DNA of 64,000 nucleotides, taken from Obrimoposthia wandeli (Eukaryota). Position numbers and translations under genes: made by a program. Within the stretch, counting starts at the first letter, position 1. Every line of letters begins with the position of its first letter. The DNA lies in assembly GCA_977020255.1 (NCBI GenBank), contig CDROCS010003739.1, positions 62,001 to 126,000 of the forward strand, read 5' to 3'. The notes below the pieces were generated by a model. That model was given only the letters and a program-made list of their open reading frames with translations, was not told the origin of the DNA and made no database searches. Of this stretch, positions 1 to 11,411 are shown one piece after another.

Positions 1-17
1 GGTTTACGGTTGCTCAT
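1..17 (-). CDS. frdC: Fumarate reductase subunit C, 5' end only (truncated by window edge)
   Basis: Minus strand ATG AGC AAC CGT AAA CC (MSNRKP) begins 3 nt after the frdB stop with AAGG upstream; matches the FrdC N-terminus and frdABCD order. Confidence 0.8.
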
Positions 18-19
18 CC

Positions 20-760
20 TTATGCCTCCTGAGGCTTAATCATGGCAATAATAAAATCTTTAGAAGATTCAACTTTACCTTGGTTAACCGCTGCTGCTGG
101 ATCGACGCTCTTCGGACAAACTTCAGAACAGTAACCAACAAATGTACAACCCCAAGCGCCGTTTTCGCCGTTAATCAGCTTCATACGCTCTTGAGCACCG
201 TTATCACGGCTATCTAGGTTGTAGCGGTGTGCTAGTGTCAGTGCAGCAGGACCAATGAATTCAGGGTTCAAACCAAACTGAGGACATGCTGAGTAGCAAA
301 GACCACAGTTGATACAACCTGCAAATTGCTTGTATTTAGCCATTTGCTCAGGTGTTTGGTTATTCGGACCATCTTCAGGGGTACGGTTGTTACCAATGAT
401 GTATGGCTTGATAGCTTCAAGACGTTCGATGAACGGCGTCATATCAACAATCAAATCTTTTTCGATAGCAAAGTTAGCCAATGCTTCGATTTTCAGACCA
501 TTTGGGTATTCACGTAAGAAGGTTTTACAAGCTAACTTAGGTACCTTGTTAACCATCATGCCGCAAGAACCACAGATTGCCATACGGCAAGACCAACGGT
601 AAGCCAGATCTTTATCTAGGTTATCTTTGATGTAACCCAGTGCATCAAGCACTGACATGGTATCGTTAAACGGTACTTCAAATAGTTCAAAATACGGTTC
701 TGCGTCTTTTTCTGGATCATAACGCAGGATTTCTACTTTTTGGATGCGATTGCCTGACAT
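20..760 (-). CDS. frdB: Fumarate reductase iron-sulfur subunit
   Basis: [10 protein letters not shown] [2Fe-2S] motif, [12 protein letters not shown] and [12 protein letters not shown] ferredoxin motifs; follows frdA. Confidence 0.97.
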   Translation of the reverse strand: MSGNRIQKVEILRYDPEKDAEPYFELFEVPFNDTMSVLDALGYIKDNLDKDLAYRWSCRMAICGSCGMMVNKVPKLACKTFLREYPNGLKIEALANFAIEKDLIVDMTPFIERLEAIKPYIIGNNRTPEDGPNNQTPEQMAKYKQFAGCINCGLCYSACPQFGLNPEFIGPAALTLAHRYNLDSRDNGAQERMKLINGENGAWGCTFVGYCSEVCPKSVDPAAAVNQGKVESSKDFIIAMIKPQEA

Positions 761-2571
761 TATGCCTTCTCCTCTGCTTGCTTTGCTTCAGCGGCTTCTT
801 TTGCTGCTGCTTCTTCAGCTGCTGCACCGTATAGGCGTGCTTTAGGCTGAGACTTAGTGATTGTCACATCGCTGTATTCAATACGAGGTGCTTTATCACC
901 GTTGTAGAATGCAAGTGAGTGCTTCAGGTAGTTTACGTCATCACGTTCTGTGCAGTTGTCATCTAGACGTTGGTGTGCACCGCGTGATTCGCGACGAAGA
1001 ATAGCTGAATGAGCCATTGTTTCTGCCACTTCCAGACCGTAACCAATTTCGATGGCATAAAGCAGATCGGTGTTGAATACTTTGCCTTTATCTTTGATGC
1101 TGATCTTCTTATAACGCTCACGAAGCTCTGCTAGTTTATCAACAGTCGCTTGCATTAGAGATTCTTCGCGGTAGATACCACAACCCGCTTCCATGGAGTG
1201 ACCCATTTCAGTACGGATATCAGACCAATTTTCGTCGCCTTCTTGAGACATTAGCGCATCAAGACGATCTTGAACGGCTTGAATCTGCTTAGTGATAGAT
1301 GCTTCATTCCAACCCTTGAATTCTACTGCACGCTTCGCTGCACCTTCACCCGCAAGGCGACCGAATACAACAAGCTCAGCTAGAGAGTTAGAACCTAGAC
1401 GGTTAGCACCGTGAAGACCAACAGATGAACATTCACCGACTGCGAATAAACCAGCAATACGTGTTTCGTTGTTCTTGTCTGTTTCAATACCGCCCATGGT
1501 GTAGTGAACCGTTGGACGAATTGGAATTGGCTCTTCAGCAGGATCGACGTTTACATATGCTTTAGATAATTCACAGATGAACGGTAAGCGTTCATGTAAA
1601 TATTCTTTACCTAGGTGGCGCAAATCAAGGTGAACCACGTCGCCCAATGGGTGCTGGATCGTGTTGCCTTTTTGCTGCTCGTGCCAGAATGCTTGAGAAA
1701 CCTTGTCACGTGGACCAAGTTCCATGTATTTGTTCTTAGGCTCACCGATAGGGGTTTCAGGACCCATACCGTAATCTTGTAGGTAACGGTAGCCATTTTT
1801 GTTTAGCATGATACCGCCTTCACCACGACAACCTTCAGTCATCAAGATGCCAGTACCAGGTAAACCTGTTGGGTGATACTGAACGAATTCCATATCACGT
1901 AGTGGTACACCGTGGCGGAACGCCATAGCCATACCATCACCAGTTACGATGCCGCCGTTCGTATTACAGTTGTAAACACGACCCGCGCCACCTGTTGCTA
2001 GTACAACAGATTTAGCTTTAATACAGATCAACTCGCCTTCAGACATGTGAATAGCGACAAGACCTTGTGCTTGACCATCTTCAACCAGTAAGTCAACAAC
2101 GAAATATTCGTCAAAACGGTTGATTTGCTTGTATTTTATAGATGTTTGGAAAAGTGTATGTAGCATGTGGAAGCCGGTTTTATCCGCAGCAAACCATGTA
2201 CGCTCTACCTTCATTCCACCAAAACGACGAACGTTCACATCACCGTTTTCTTTACGGCTCCATGGACAACCCCATTGCTCTAATTGGGTCATCTCGCGAG
2301 TCGCGTTTTCTACGAAATATTCAACAACGTCCTGTTCACATAGCCAGTCGCCACCACCAACAGTATCGTTGAAGTGATTGTCTAAGCTATCCTCATCCTT
2401 GATGACGGCAGCGGAGCCACCCTCTGCAGCTACAGTGTGAGAGCGCATTGGGTAAACTTTAGAAATAAGTGCAATCTCTAAGTCTGGGTTTGCTTCAGCA
2501 GCAGCGATGGCGGCACGTAGGCCAGCACCACCAGCACCGATTACAGCGATATCTGTGGTAATTGTCTTCAC
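760..2571 (-). CDS. frdA: Fumarate reductase flavoprotein subunit
   Basis: GAGGAG FAD loop, [10 protein letters not shown] covalent-FAD histidine, [11 protein letters not shown]; GTG start with GGAGG RBS. Confidence 0.97.
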   Translation of the reverse strand: MKTITTDIAVIGAGGAGLRAAIAAAEANPDLEIALISKVYPMRSHTVAAEGGSAAVIKDEDSLDNHFNDTVGGGDWLCEQDVVEYFVENATREMTQLEQWGCPWSRKENGDVNVRRFGGMKVERTWFAADKTGFHMLHTLFQTSIKYKQINRFDEYFVVDLLVEDGQAQGLVAIHMSEGELICIKAKSVVLATGGAGRVYNCNTNGGIVTGDGMAMAFRHGVPLRDMEFVQYHPTGLPGTGILMTEGCRGEGGIMLNKNGYRYLQDYGMGPETPIGEPKNKYMELGPRDKVSQAFWHEQQKGNTIQHPLGDVVHLDLRHLGKEYLHERLPFICELSKAYVNVDPAEEPIPIRPTVHYTMGGIETDKNNETRIAGLFAVGECSSVGLHGANRLGSNSLAELVVFGRLAGEGAAKRAVEFKGWNEASITKQIQAVQDRLDALMSQEGDENWSDIRTEMGHSMEAGCGIYREESLMQATVDKLAELRERYKKISIKDKGKVFNTDLLYAIEIGYGLEVAETMAHSAILRRESRGAHQRLDDNCTERDDVNYLKHSLAFYNGDKAPRIEYSDVTITKSQPKARLYGAAAEEAAAKEAAEAKQAEEKA

Positions 2572-2648
2572 AGTTATCCTCCGGAGGTAAGACGATAAAA
2601 AATTTAACAGATGCGCAACAGTGCACCTGTCCTTGAAATCCTAGGTAC

Positions 2649-2690
2649 ATTCTATGCAACAAAATAGATAAAAAAGTTGATTTAGACGCA
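2649..2690 (-). promoter_or_regulatory. Candidate FNR-dependent class II promoter of frdA
   Basis: Minus strand -10 TAGAAT (2654-2649). FNR-like TGCGT-CTAA-ATCAA (2690-2677, one perfect half-site) is centred at exactly -41.5 from that -10. Confidence 0.6.
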
Positions 2691-2736
2691 GCTTTCTTAT
2701 GGAAATAGCCCAAAAGTATAAGGTGATTACAATAAT

Positions 2737-2752
2737 TGTGATTTTTGTCACA
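2737..2752. promoter_or_regulatory. CRP-binding site
   Basis: Perfect TGTGA-N6-TCACA (TGTGAtttttgTCACA) with AT-rich flanks, in the frdA-epmA divergent intergenic region. Confidence 0.65.
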
Positions 2753-3120
2753 AAATGTAATGTTTTATGAGTGTTAATTAATCGGTTTATTTTGTGATAA
2801 TTGTTTCTAGCTCATTAATTGTGTGTTTCTTGGTTTAATGCTAAGTCACTAATAATAAATATAAACTAAAACAAACAAGGTAGAGCAAAGGGCGTAAATG
2901 TTGATATTATGCTGGAATGGTTGCTTTTATGTTGATTAGAGGTTGGTAATGAGTGTGTTCTCTTGGGGGTAATACGTAACAATTATTAGCATTCTATTCA
3001 TAATCTGACGTAAATAATTAATCTGTTTTATTTCAATTGGTTATGTTTTTTGGCGTGTCGCCTGTTCTTTGCTTTGATATTATGCTTCTAGATGATTTAT
3101 TACTAATAAAGATGAGTATT

Positions 3121-4092
3121 ATGTCTCAGCCTTGGCAACCAACGGCTTCAATAAAGCAGCTTAAGCAACGCGCTATTATTCTCTCCTCCATTCGTGATTT
3201 CTTTGCTGGCAAGGGGGTTATCGAAGTCGATACGCCTGCTATGAGTCAAGCGACGGTGACCGATGTACATCTGCATACTTTTCAAACAGAATTTGTAGGT
3301 CCGGGTTACGCCGGAGGGCAGACGCTGTATATGATGACCAGCCCTGAGTTTCACATGAAGCGTCTTTTATCGGCAGGAATCGGTCCTATCTATCAGATTT
3401 GTAAATCATTTCGTAATGAAGAATCGGGGCGATACCATAACCCTGAGTTCACGATGCTGGAATGGTACCGACCTGACTTTGATCACCATGATTTGATGAA
3501 TGAAATGGATGAGCTGCTACAACAGGTATTGCAATGTGATAAAGCTGAACGCATGAGCTATCAGCAAGCCTTTATTCAAGAGCTTGGAGTATGCCCTTTA
3601 GAAGGGGCGATGGAGCAGCTTAAAAGCGTAGCACGGTCATTAGGGTTGGCTGATATTGCCGATCCTGAACAGGATCGTGATACTTTACTGCAATTATTAT
3701 TCAGCATGGGTGTTGAAAATAAGATAGGGCTGCAAGTTCCTGCTTTTGTTTATGATTTTCCAGCCTCTCAAGCTGCATTGGCACAGATAAATCCAACAGA
3801 TAACCGTGTTGCAGAACGTTTTGAGGTGTATTTTAAAGGGATCGAGCTAGCAAATGGTTTTCATGAGCTAGCCAATGGTGATGAGCAACTCGTCCGCTTT
3901 AAACAAGATAATGTAAAGCGTATTAGCATGGGGTTAAAACCACAACCTATTGATTTACATCTTATTGAAGCGTTACGGGCTGGCTTTCCTGATTGTGCGG
4001 GTGTTGCGCTAGGTATTGATCGCTTGATCATGCTTGCATTAAAACTGGATCATATTGATCAAGTTACTGCATTTCCGATCGGCATTGCCTGA
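3121..4092 (+). CDS. epmA: EF-P--(R)-beta-lysine ligase (LysRS2 paralogue)
   Basis: WQPTASI N-terminus, [40 protein letters not shown]; divergent from frdA as in enterobacteria. Start moved from the ORF-track 3037. Confidence 0.95.
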   Translation: MSQPWQPTASIKQLKQRAIILSSIRDFFAGKGVIEVDTPAMSQATVTDVHLHTFQTEFVGPGYAGGQTLYMMTSPEFHMKRLLSAGIGPIYQICKSFRNEESGRYHNPEFTMLEWYRPDFDHHDLMNEMDELLQQVLQCDKAERMSYQQAFIQELGVCPLEGAMEQLKSVARSLGLADIADPEQDRDTLLQLLFSMGVENKIGLQVPAFVYDFPASQAALAQINPTDNRVAERFEVYFKGIELANGFHELANGDEQLVRFKQDNVKRISMGLKPQPIDLHLIEALRAGFPDCAGVALGIDRLIMLALKLDHIDQVTAFPIGIA

Positions 4093-4154
4093 TTTGTTAG
4101 GCATTGATCTTTAGTAGGGTTAAGCGGCGTTATTGAGTCGCGATATCAACGACG

Positions 4155-4182
4155 AAAGCGCAGCGATTAGCTGCGCTTTTTT
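4155..4182 (+). terminator. Rho-independent terminator after epmA
   Basis: aaagcgcagc-gatta-gctgcgcttt followed by a T run. Confidence 0.8.
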
Positions 4183-4407
4183 GTCTGGCGTCATATTTAT
4201 CTGGGGGCAGATAAATATGACATGCCGCACCAAAGTCAGAATAATACGGGCTTAATTTTTCTGTACTAGGTAAAAAATAGAGAAAAGTAGCTAGTTTTTA
4301 CCAATCCTTTTGTTTGAAGGGGTCTGTTTTGAAGACTTGTTCAAAACTTTTGCTATTGCACAGCGACGAATGAGTAGGATTTCAAGGTGCTTTATCGCAA
4401 TGGAAAC

Positions 4408-4453
4408 ACTATAATCAACTCGGCCATTAAATGCAAATGATAATCAATTGCAT
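4408..4453 (-). promoter_or_regulatory. Sigma70 promoter overlapped by a Fur-box-like palindrome
   Basis: Minus strand TTGCAT(4436-4431)-N17-TATAGT(4413-4408). The 23-bp palindrome ATGCAAATGATAATCAATTGCAT (4431-4453) matches GATAATGATAATCATTATC at 14/19 in its core. Confidence 0.6.
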
Positions 4454-4571
4454 GTTTGGTGATTTTGACTATCACAGTACAACCATGCCGACATCACAGC
4501 AGCTAGTGCCAACCATTTGTATCCCATAACCATCCTTATTATGTATACACCGACTGATTTTATCCTGCTTT

Positions 4572-5297
4572 TTATTCTAAGATCAGGCGCGCATTAAGTG
4601 GTTGTAACGGACGCGCGTTATTCCCCATAATTCCCTGTAATTTTTCAGTTTGTGCTTTTGAGCTGGTTTGTGGTTCTTGCATAACAAACCAACGTACGCC
4701 TTCACTACAAGGTGGGGTCGTTAATGATCCATTGAAGCGGTAGTATTCGCGATCTCTTGGCAGTAAATCTACTGGATTGAGGGCTTCTTTTAGCGCGACC
4801 TTTTGCCCATCATCTGGAATCGACGCCAGTAGTGTGGTGAGCTCGCTATTACTACGAGGGCCAACATCAAACATCACGGCAACAACCGCTAATTCGCCTT
4901 TGTCTGTGGCATGTACAAAGTGCGCTTCCAGTGGATATTGCTTACCCTTTAAGTAATTTTCTGAAGGGGTATGGAAATGAAACTGTTTTAGTTCGAAGGT
5001 TTGGCCATCAACCGTTAAGGTATTTTTACCAGTCAAATTAGCTTGAATGGTGTGACCATTGTTCACGAGTTCGGTTACTTTACCTTCGTAATCGATATGC
5101 AATGGTGCCAGCTCTGCTTGGGTTGTTTGGTTAATATCAATCGGTGTTTGATTGACCCCTTCACCACAGGTTGCGAATAATTCTCCCCAGTGTTCAGTGC
5201 CGTGTTCGCCGGTATAACTCCATTCAGCAGCGTAGCTTGTTGTTGCCCATGTGGTCATCATTGCGAATGCTAGTACGTGCAGTGTTCTTGTTTTCAC
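4572..5297 (-). CDS. cah: Periplasmic alpha-class carbonic anhydrase
   Basis: Signal peptide; QTPIDI, NNGHTI, QFHFHTPSEN and EAHFVH Zn ligands, GSLTTPPCSEGVRW. Confidence 0.93.
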   Translation of the reverse strand: MKTRTLHVLAFAMMTTWATTSYAAEWSYTGEHGTEHWGELFATCGEGVNQTPIDINQTTQAELAPLHIDYEGKVTELVNNGHTIQANLTGKNTLTVDGQTFELKQFHFHTPSENYLKGKQYPLEAHFVHATDKGELAVVAVMFDVGPRSNSELTTLLASIPDDGQKVALKEALNPVDLLPRDREYYRFNGSLTTPPCSEGVRWFVMQEPQTSSKAQTEKLQGIMGNNARPLQPLNARLILE

Positions 5298-5568
5298 TGA
5301 GAGTTCCTTCTCTTATGTAATGGGATATCTTGCCAACAGAGGTGATATCACTTAGCCAACGTATTTAATTTAAGCAGAGATTAAGAGCTGGTAACAATAT
5401 CGAACAGAAAAATGTGTACTCACTTCCGCAAATTGAAATTTTATGCCCGTATAAACGAAATCAAAGTTCACAGGAATAAAGTAATAGCACTGAAATTAAA
5501 GCACCCAAACTATGATGAATAATTTGGGCGCTTTGAAAGTGCAATAATAGTGATGATTTACGTTGTTA

Positions 5569-7452
5569 TTACACGTTAAAACGAGACATATCTTGTCGCA
5601 TAGCTCCTGCTGAATCACTGATCTTTTGTGCGCTTTGGCTTACTTCAAGGGTTTGATTCGCTAAATGGTCAGAGACATCTTTAATTGCTTGCGTATTACG
5701 GCTGATATCTTCGCTAACGGCACGTTGCTCTTCTGCTGCGCTAGCAATGTGGGTTGCCATGTCGGAAATCTCAGTAATGGCATCAGTAATTTTACACAGA
5801 CTTTGGTTGGCTTCTTCTGCATATCCCACGCTTTCATCCGCCAGTTTGGTACTTTTTTGCATGCTATTTACGGCTTGGTGGGTATTCTTTTGCAAAGTAT
5901 CAATCATACTACGAATTTCTTCGGTCGAATCATGGGTGCGTTTACTCAATACTCGTACTTCATCGGCGACCACGGCAAAGCCTCGCCCTTGCTCTCCGGC
6001 TCGTGCTGCTTCAATTGCAGCATTAAGTGCCAGTAGATTCGTTTGCTCGGCAATACCTTGAATGGTCGACAAAATTTGATTGATGCCTTGTGCGTTGCTT
6101 TCGAGTTCATGAATAACCGTCGCGGCTTCTTGTACTTGATTGGCTAGCATTGTAATTGCATCACGGTTTTGACCAATGACGTGCTGACCTTCATCGCATG
6201 CATTCGTCGATGCTTGTGCGGCGGCTGCGGTCATTTCAGCATGGCTGGCCACTTCGCCCGAAGTTGCCGACATTTCATGAATTGCGGTGGCGATTTGATT
6301 CACATCGTTTTGCTGCTCGGCGACTTTTTCTGAGGCCAGTATGGTTTGCTTTGATGAGGTATCAGCGTATTCACTTAAGGTGTGTGAGTGCGCGACAGCA
6401 TCTTTAATCATTGCTTGTAGCTGTGATAAAAATCGATTCATGCTATCAGCAAGTTCACCGATTTCATCCATACGTTCAATTTCAATACGTTGTGTTAAAT
6501 CACCGCTACCTTGAGCTAACTGGCTTACTGATTTATTTAAGTTATTCAGTGGGCGCAGTAAATTATTAATGGTCAGCGTCGCAATAATTGAAATGATGAT
6601 GTATAGCCCTATCGATGCCAGAACCAAAAACTTCATTTGTTCGGTAATCGAGGCGAATGCTAAGGACTTATCTTCAATAATACCTAGTGTCCAGTTTGTG
6701 CCTGCGATCGGAGTGACAAAAATCATCTTCTCGCTGTTTTCACTGTCTAAAGTAAAGGTATGAATGGTTTGGTCATTTTGCAGCTTACGAATAAGGTCAG
6801 GTGTTAGCTCACTATCAAGCTGAGTAAGTGGTTGCTGACTTAATGCCTCATCGCGATACGCGACAATACGGTTATTACCATCAATTAAGAAAGCGAACCC
6901 ATCATGATTCAACTCTAGGCTGAGAACTTGGTCGATAATATGATTAACCGTTAAATCAGCGGCTAATACTCCCGAATTTTGACCGCGAAATGCTTTAGCA
7001 AAACTCACGACAACACTACCATCGAAGTCTTTGTATGGGTCAGTAAGTACTAACTTATTCTGGGTGATCGCATCTTTATACCAAGGACGAGTACGTGGGT
7101 CATAATCTGCGGGCCAATCTTCTGATTTATCACCGTAAGCAATGCTACCATCTGAAAACCCGGCATAAACAGACAGAAAGTGTCCTGCGCGTTTGGTTAA
7201 TAATAGCTCGCGGTCGATATTATTTTCGCTCGCAATCAATGATTCATTGGCTAGCATCATGTCGCTACGTGTATCGAGCCAATTACTGATATAACGGTTG
7301 GTGGCTTCACCAGCATCTGTCATTTGACGGCTGATTTCGGTGGTCGTTTCTTGCTTTAGTTGGCTTATCGAAATCCAAGCTTGCACAGCGCTGACGGCAG
7401 CAATGATCGTCGCAATCGCTATTTGGATTTTAAACTTGATCGTATATCTCAT
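5569..7452 (-). CDS. Methyl-accepting chemotaxis protein with dCache_1 sensor
   Basis: Two TM segments, dCache [13 protein letters not shown], and [34 protein letters not shown] signalling hairpin. Start moved to ATG 7452. Confidence 0.93.
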   Translation of the reverse strand: MRYTIKFKIQIAIATIIAAVSAVQAWISISQLKQETTTEISRQMTDAGEATNRYISNWLDTRSDMMLANESLIASENNIDRELLLTKRAGHFLSVYAGFSDGSIAYGDKSEDWPADYDPRTRPWYKDAITQNKLVLTDPYKDFDGSVVVSFAKAFRGQNSGVLAADLTVNHIIDQVLSLELNHDGFAFLIDGNNRIVAYRDEALSQQPLTQLDSELTPDLIRKLQNDQTIHTFTLDSENSEKMIFVTPIAGTNWTLGIIEDKSLAFASITEQMKFLVLASIGLYIIISIIATLTINNLLRPLNNLNKSVSQLAQGSGDLTQRIEIERMDEIGELADSMNRFLSQLQAMIKDAVAHSHTLSEYADTSSKQTILASEKVAEQQNDVNQIATAIHEMSATSGEVASHAEMTAAAAQASTNACDEGQHVIGQNRDAITMLANQVQEAATVIHELESNAQGINQILSTIQGIAEQTNLLALNAAIEAARAGEQGRGFAVVADEVRVLSKRTHDSTEEIRSMIDTLQKNTHQAVNSMQKSTKLADESVGYAEEANQSLCKITDAITEISDMATHIASAAEEQRAVSEDISRNTQAIKDVSDHLANQTLEVSQSAQKISDSAGAMRQDMSRFNV

Positions 7453-7554
7453 AAAAAAATCTCTGCATTGTGTCGGCAAGTAACGGCAGGCGTATAAATT
7501 TGAAAACGTCTAACGTTCTTGTCGTTATATTTATTGCAATATGAACCACTGAGA

Positions 7555-7581
7555 CTATCGGCAGAAGTAGAATATAACTTA
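7555..7581 (-). promoter_or_regulatory. Sigma28 (FliA) promoter of the chemoreceptor gene
   Basis: Minus strand TAAG-N15-GCCGATAG versus consensus TAAA-N15-GCCGATAA. Confidence 0.7.
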
Positions 7582-7718
7582 ATGATAAAAAGCAAAAATG
7601 AGTCAATATCATGAAGTGGCTGATAGGAAGTGTGATATGCAGCCATATTTGGCAGGGTAAGTAGAATACAAGAAGTCATAATGGGGAGGTACGAACCCTC
7701 TCCCCATTATGTTAATGC

Positions 7719-9134
7719 TTACGTAATAATCAGTGCGGCAACGTATACAATCGCCAAGCCCACAAGACCGATAATAAGTCCGGTTTTTGCCATGTCTTTA
7801 CTTTCAATTAAGCCAGTTGAATAAGCCAGCGAATTGGGTGGGGTAGAGACGGGTAAGATCATACCTAGTGATGCCGAGAATGCGACGACCACAAGCACAC
7901 CCTGTAATCCACCGATTGATGCCAAGCTTTCCATTGAAGCGGCAACCGCAGCAGCAATGGGCAGCAATAAGTTGGCGGTGGCAGTATTAGACATGAAGTT
8001 AGCCATTACCCAACAAATCATGGATAAAGTTAATACAACGGCGATTGGCGAGAGTGAATCATAGTCGATGGAGTGAGCGAGAGCGGATGCTAAGCCGGTT
8101 TTATCTAGCCCCAATCCTATCGCGATACCCCCTGCAACTAGCCACAGTACATCCCAGTTAATTAACTTGATCTCTTCTTTGCCCATGATGCCCGTTAAGG
8201 TAAATACGGCGAGAGGAATAATAGAGACCACATAGGTATTCATACCATGCAGTGCTGTGGTCATCCATAAAATGATGGTCGTCGCAAAAGTGATATATAC
8301 CACAATGGCCTGCCAGCTCTTTTGAAATGATCCCTCTAGTTTTAATTCCATGCGTTTTTGTGTTGATGGGAACAGCTTTTGCAACAACCACCAAGCAAAT
8401 GCGAGTAGTACGATGACAAAAGGTAAACCAAACATCATCCAACCGAGAAAACTAATACTGTTATCACCAGTTAAGTATTGTAGTGCGATGGCGTTAGGTG
8501 GTGTACCAATTGGGGTGGCCATGCCACCGGTATTGGCTGCAATAGGGATACACAATACCAAGGCTTTAATCCCGATATCTCCTTTAGGCACCGAGGCGAC
8601 AATGGGAGCCAATAGCGCAAGCATCATAACGGTTGTTGCGGTGTTAGACATAAACATTGAAAACGCGGCAGTAATCAGCATTAACCCCAGCATGATGTAT
8701 CGAGGTTCTGTACCAAAGGGTTTTAGCAAAACACGTGCAAGGTTATTATCAAGTTCGTATTTAGAGGCGGAAATGGCTAAAGAGAATCCCCCCATAAAAA
8801 GGATAATGATCGGAGATGAAAAGGCACCCAAAATGTCGGTATATAGCATCATATCGCCCATTTCGTGTCCAACTGGCGGCGCTCGAAATAAGTGCAATCC
8901 CTTGTCTGAAATCATGATCAGTTCTAAGGTAATTATCAATATGGATGTGGCAAATACGGGAACGGGTTCTAGCACCCAAAGCAGAGCTGCAAGTGCAAAA
9001 ATCGCGAGAAGGCGATGCTGAATAAGAGTAAGGCCTTCGATGGGAATGGCATCGATAGGGATCATCAAAATACCGAGGGGGATCCCGAAAGCAACGAGCA
9101 GCTTTACCAACCGTGATATTGATGATCTTTCCAT
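7719..9134 (-). CDS. SLC13/DASS family sodium:anion (sulfate/dicarboxylate) symporter
   Basis: Many TM helices; FSMFMSNTATT, GMATPIGTPPNAI, NFMSNTATA, PVSTPPN motifs. Confidence 0.88.
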   Translation of the reverse strand: MERSSISRLVKLLVAFGIPLGILMIPIDAIPIEGLTLIQHRLLAIFALAALLWVLEPVPVFATSILIITLELIMISDKGLHLFRAPPVGHEMGDMMLYTDILGAFSSPIIILFMGGFSLAISASKYELDNNLARVLLKPFGTEPRYIMLGLMLITAAFSMFMSNTATTVMMLALLAPIVASVPKGDIGIKALVLCIPIAANTGGMATPIGTPPNAIALQYLTGDNSISFLGWMMFGLPFVIVLLAFAWWLLQKLFPSTQKRMELKLEGSFQKSWQAIVVYITFATTIILWMTTALHGMNTYVVSIIPLAVFTLTGIMGKEEIKLINWDVLWLVAGGIAIGLGLDKTGLASALAHSIDYDSLSPIAVVLTLSMICWVMANFMSNTATANLLLPIAAAVAASMESLASIGGLQGVLVVVAFSASLGMILPVSTPPNSLAYSTGLIESKDMAKTGLIIGLVGLAIVYVAALIIT

Positions 9135-9223
9135 ATTATGTGTTTGCCTTTATTAAAATAATTACAAATCAGCATACTATTGGAATGCGTGAAGAATCCT
9201 CGATATGGTCAATTTTTCACATG

Positions 9224-9252
9224 AAAAAAGGGGCGCTAAGCGCCCCTTTTTT
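9224..9252. terminator. Bidirectional terminator after psd
   Basis: aaaaaaggggcgc-taa-gcgcccctttttt. Confidence 0.8.
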
Positions 9253-9269
9253 CTAAAACTGTTAACTGG

Positions 9270-10145
9270 TTACTCTTTCTCAGAGCTGTCCAACTCGGCA
9301 TAAGGTTCACCCATGCGTGTTGGTTGCTCCGGTTGCATGGCTTCAACAAAGCGCACCATGTCTTTAGGGAATAAATTAATTACCGTGGAGCCTAGTTTGA
9401 AGCGACCCATTTCTTGACCTTTCTTCAATACAATGGCTTGTGTACCTGTTACTGGGTAATCCCAACGACGAACCTCTGGGCCTGTTGGCGGGGTAACTGT
9501 GCCAGCCCAAACCGTTTCTATACTACCCACAATTGTTGCACCCACTAACACTTGAGCGATAGGGCCATGTGCGGTATCGAAAATGCAGACGACACGCTCA
9601 TTACGTGCAAAGAGGTTAGGTACATTTTGTGCTGTAAGTGGATTTACGGAGAATAAATCACCCGGCACGTAAATCATTTGGCGTAACGTGCCATCACACG
9701 GCATGTGTACACGGTGGTAATCACGTGGCGATAAGTACAACGTGGCAAAATCACCACCAACAAATTCTTCAGCCAGTGCTTTATCACCACCAAGTAACTC
9801 ACCAGCATCAAAATAATGCCCTTTAGCTTGGAATAGACGACCTTCTTTAATCGGACCCAATTGGCTAACACAAGCATCAGCAGGGTGACTTACGATATTG
9901 TCATCGTTATTAATTGGACGAGCACCTTCTTTTAGCTCTCGAACAAAAAAATGATTAAACGTTGAATAAGCCGCTGGGTCTGGGTTACGCGCTTCAGACA
10001 TGTCAACGTTGTACTGACCGATAAACCAACGAATGATCGCGGTAGTGAGCTTTCCTGCTTCTAATGAAGCCAGTTTACCTACTAAACGGGTTAAAGCATG
10101 TTTTGGGGTGCAATATTGCAGGCCAATTTTAATGTTATCAAGCAC
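9270..10145 (-). CDS. psd: Phosphatidylserine decarboxylase proenzyme
   Basis: [22 protein letters not shown] and FKLGSTVI autocleavage (LGST) motif; GTG start at 10145; next to rsgA. Confidence 0.95.
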   Translation of the reverse strand: MLDNIKIGLQYCTPKHALTRLVGKLASLEAGKLTTAIIRWFIGQYNVDMSEARNPDPAAYSTFNHFFVRELKEGARPINNDDNIVSHPADACVSQLGPIKEGRLFQAKGHYFDAGELLGGDKALAEEFVGGDFATLYLSPRDYHRVHMPCDGTLRQMIYVPGDLFSVNPLTAQNVPNLFARNERVVCIFDTAHGPIAQVLVGATIVGSIETVWAGTVTPPTGPEVRRWDYPVTGTQAIVLKKGQEMGRFKLGSTVINLFPKDMVRFVEAMQPEQPTRMGEPYAELDSSEKE

Positions 10146-10358
10146 AGTGTGGTTTCCAGAAAGTATCAATTAATCAACAGTCTAGTTATTCATTTTAACA
10201 TCTAGGAATAACTCGAACCGAGAATATTACCTAAAAGTCGCTAGAAAGTCAGTTAATTAGGCCTAAGTATGAGGGTTTGTTCTAAGAAGGAGGCTGTCTG
10301 TATGACGGATGAAGAGCTAACAGCCTCTGCGATGTGAGCAGAAACTGTTAGTTTTTAT

Positions 10359-11411
10359 CTAGCTTGGCTTGTTACGAGAAAACTGACGGTTTGCCACGTT
10401 TTCAGACATGCTTTCGATTATTTTGTGGTAGCTCTTAAAGCGTTCACGGCTGATTTTTCCTGCGTCAACGGCTTCACGGATTAAACAGCCCGGATCGTTG
10501 TTGTGTTTACAATCACGGAACTTACAGCCACCTAAATACTCTCGAAACTCAACAAAGGCTTTAGTGACTTGTTCTGTCTCTAAATGCCATAAACCAAATT
10601 CACGAACACCCGGTGAGTCAATCAGATCACCCCCATCTTCAAAATGGTAAAGGCGAGCAGCAGTTGTGGTGTGTTGTCCTAAACCTGAGTTTGTAGAAAC
10701 ATCCCCGATTTCAGCTTTCACTTCTGGCATTAGGGTATTAATCATACTTGATTTACCTACACCAGATTGACCCGCAAAGATATTCACTCGGTCTTTAAGG
10801 TCATTTTTTAATTCTTCCATACCTTCACCCGTTTCAGAGCTTACATAACGTAGCTCGTAACCGACTTTTTGGTAAAGAGAAAGCGTTTTTTCCACTTGCT
10901 TGCGAACATCTGGTTCTAATAAATCGATTTTATTTAATACAATTAGAGGTTCGATGCCGACAGTCTCGGCTGCAATCAAGTAGCGATCGATAATATTAAG
11001 TGACAGCTCAGGTAAAATCGCCGAAACAATGATGATTCGGTTTACGTTTGCTGCGACAGCTTTAACGCCATCGTAGTAATCAGGACGAGTTAGTACTGAT
11101 TTACGTTCGTGAACGGCTTCTACGACACCTGAAATACCATGTAATGTTTCAACACCTGGACGCCATACCACACGATCACCAGAGACTAAACTCTGAATGC
11201 TTCGACGTAGGTTACAACGATGAATCACCCCTGTTTGAGGATCTTCGACATCAGCATGTTGACCAAAACGGGTGATCACCAGACCCTCACGGGCTGATTC
11301 AAGCAGCGTTTCATCCCAATGGACTTCGGCTTTTTCGCGATTTAGTCGTTTATTTTGGTTAGAGCGTACGCGACGGCTCTGCCCTTGAGTCAGCTTTTTC
11401 TTTTTTGCCAC
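10359..11411 (-). CDS. rsgA: Small ribosomal subunit biogenesis GTPase
   Basis: Circularly permuted GTPase ([17 protein letters not shown]) and [14 protein letters not shown] Zn finger; GTG start at 11411. Confidence 0.95.
   Translation of the reverse strand: MAKKKKLTQGQSRRVRSNQNKRLNREKAEVHWDETLLESAREGLVITRFGQHADVEDPQTGVIHRCNLRRSIQSLVSGDRVVWRPGVETLHGISGVVEAVHERKSVLTRPDYYDGVKAVAANVNRIIIVSAILPELSLNIIDRYLIAAETVGIEPLIVLNKIDLLEPDVRKQVEKTLSLYQKVGYELRYVSSETGEGMEELKNDLKDRVNIFAGQSGVGKSSMINTLMPEVKAEIGDVSTNSGLGQHTTTAARLYHFEDGGDLIDSPGVREFGLWHLETEQVTKAFVEFREYLGGCKFRDCKHNNDPGCLIREAVDAGKISRERFKSYHKIIESMSENVANRQFSRNKPS

Noticed and set aside
4217-4351. Plus-strand promoter ATGACA-N17-AATAAT driving a ~100-nt RNA ending at the 4326-4351 hairpin
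   Set aside because: The -35 is part of the 14-bp inverted repeat and the T tract is only 4 nt. It is weaker than the minus-strand promoter, though not excluded.
4150-4401. RyhB orthologue
   Set aside because: The conserved RyhB pairing core is absent on both strands.
8350-9021. 223-aa plus-strand ORF and similar antisense ORFs (e.g. 21085, 27419, 34671, 38938, 51567)
   Set aside because: They lie fully antisense to well-supported genes and are shadow frames with no family motifs.
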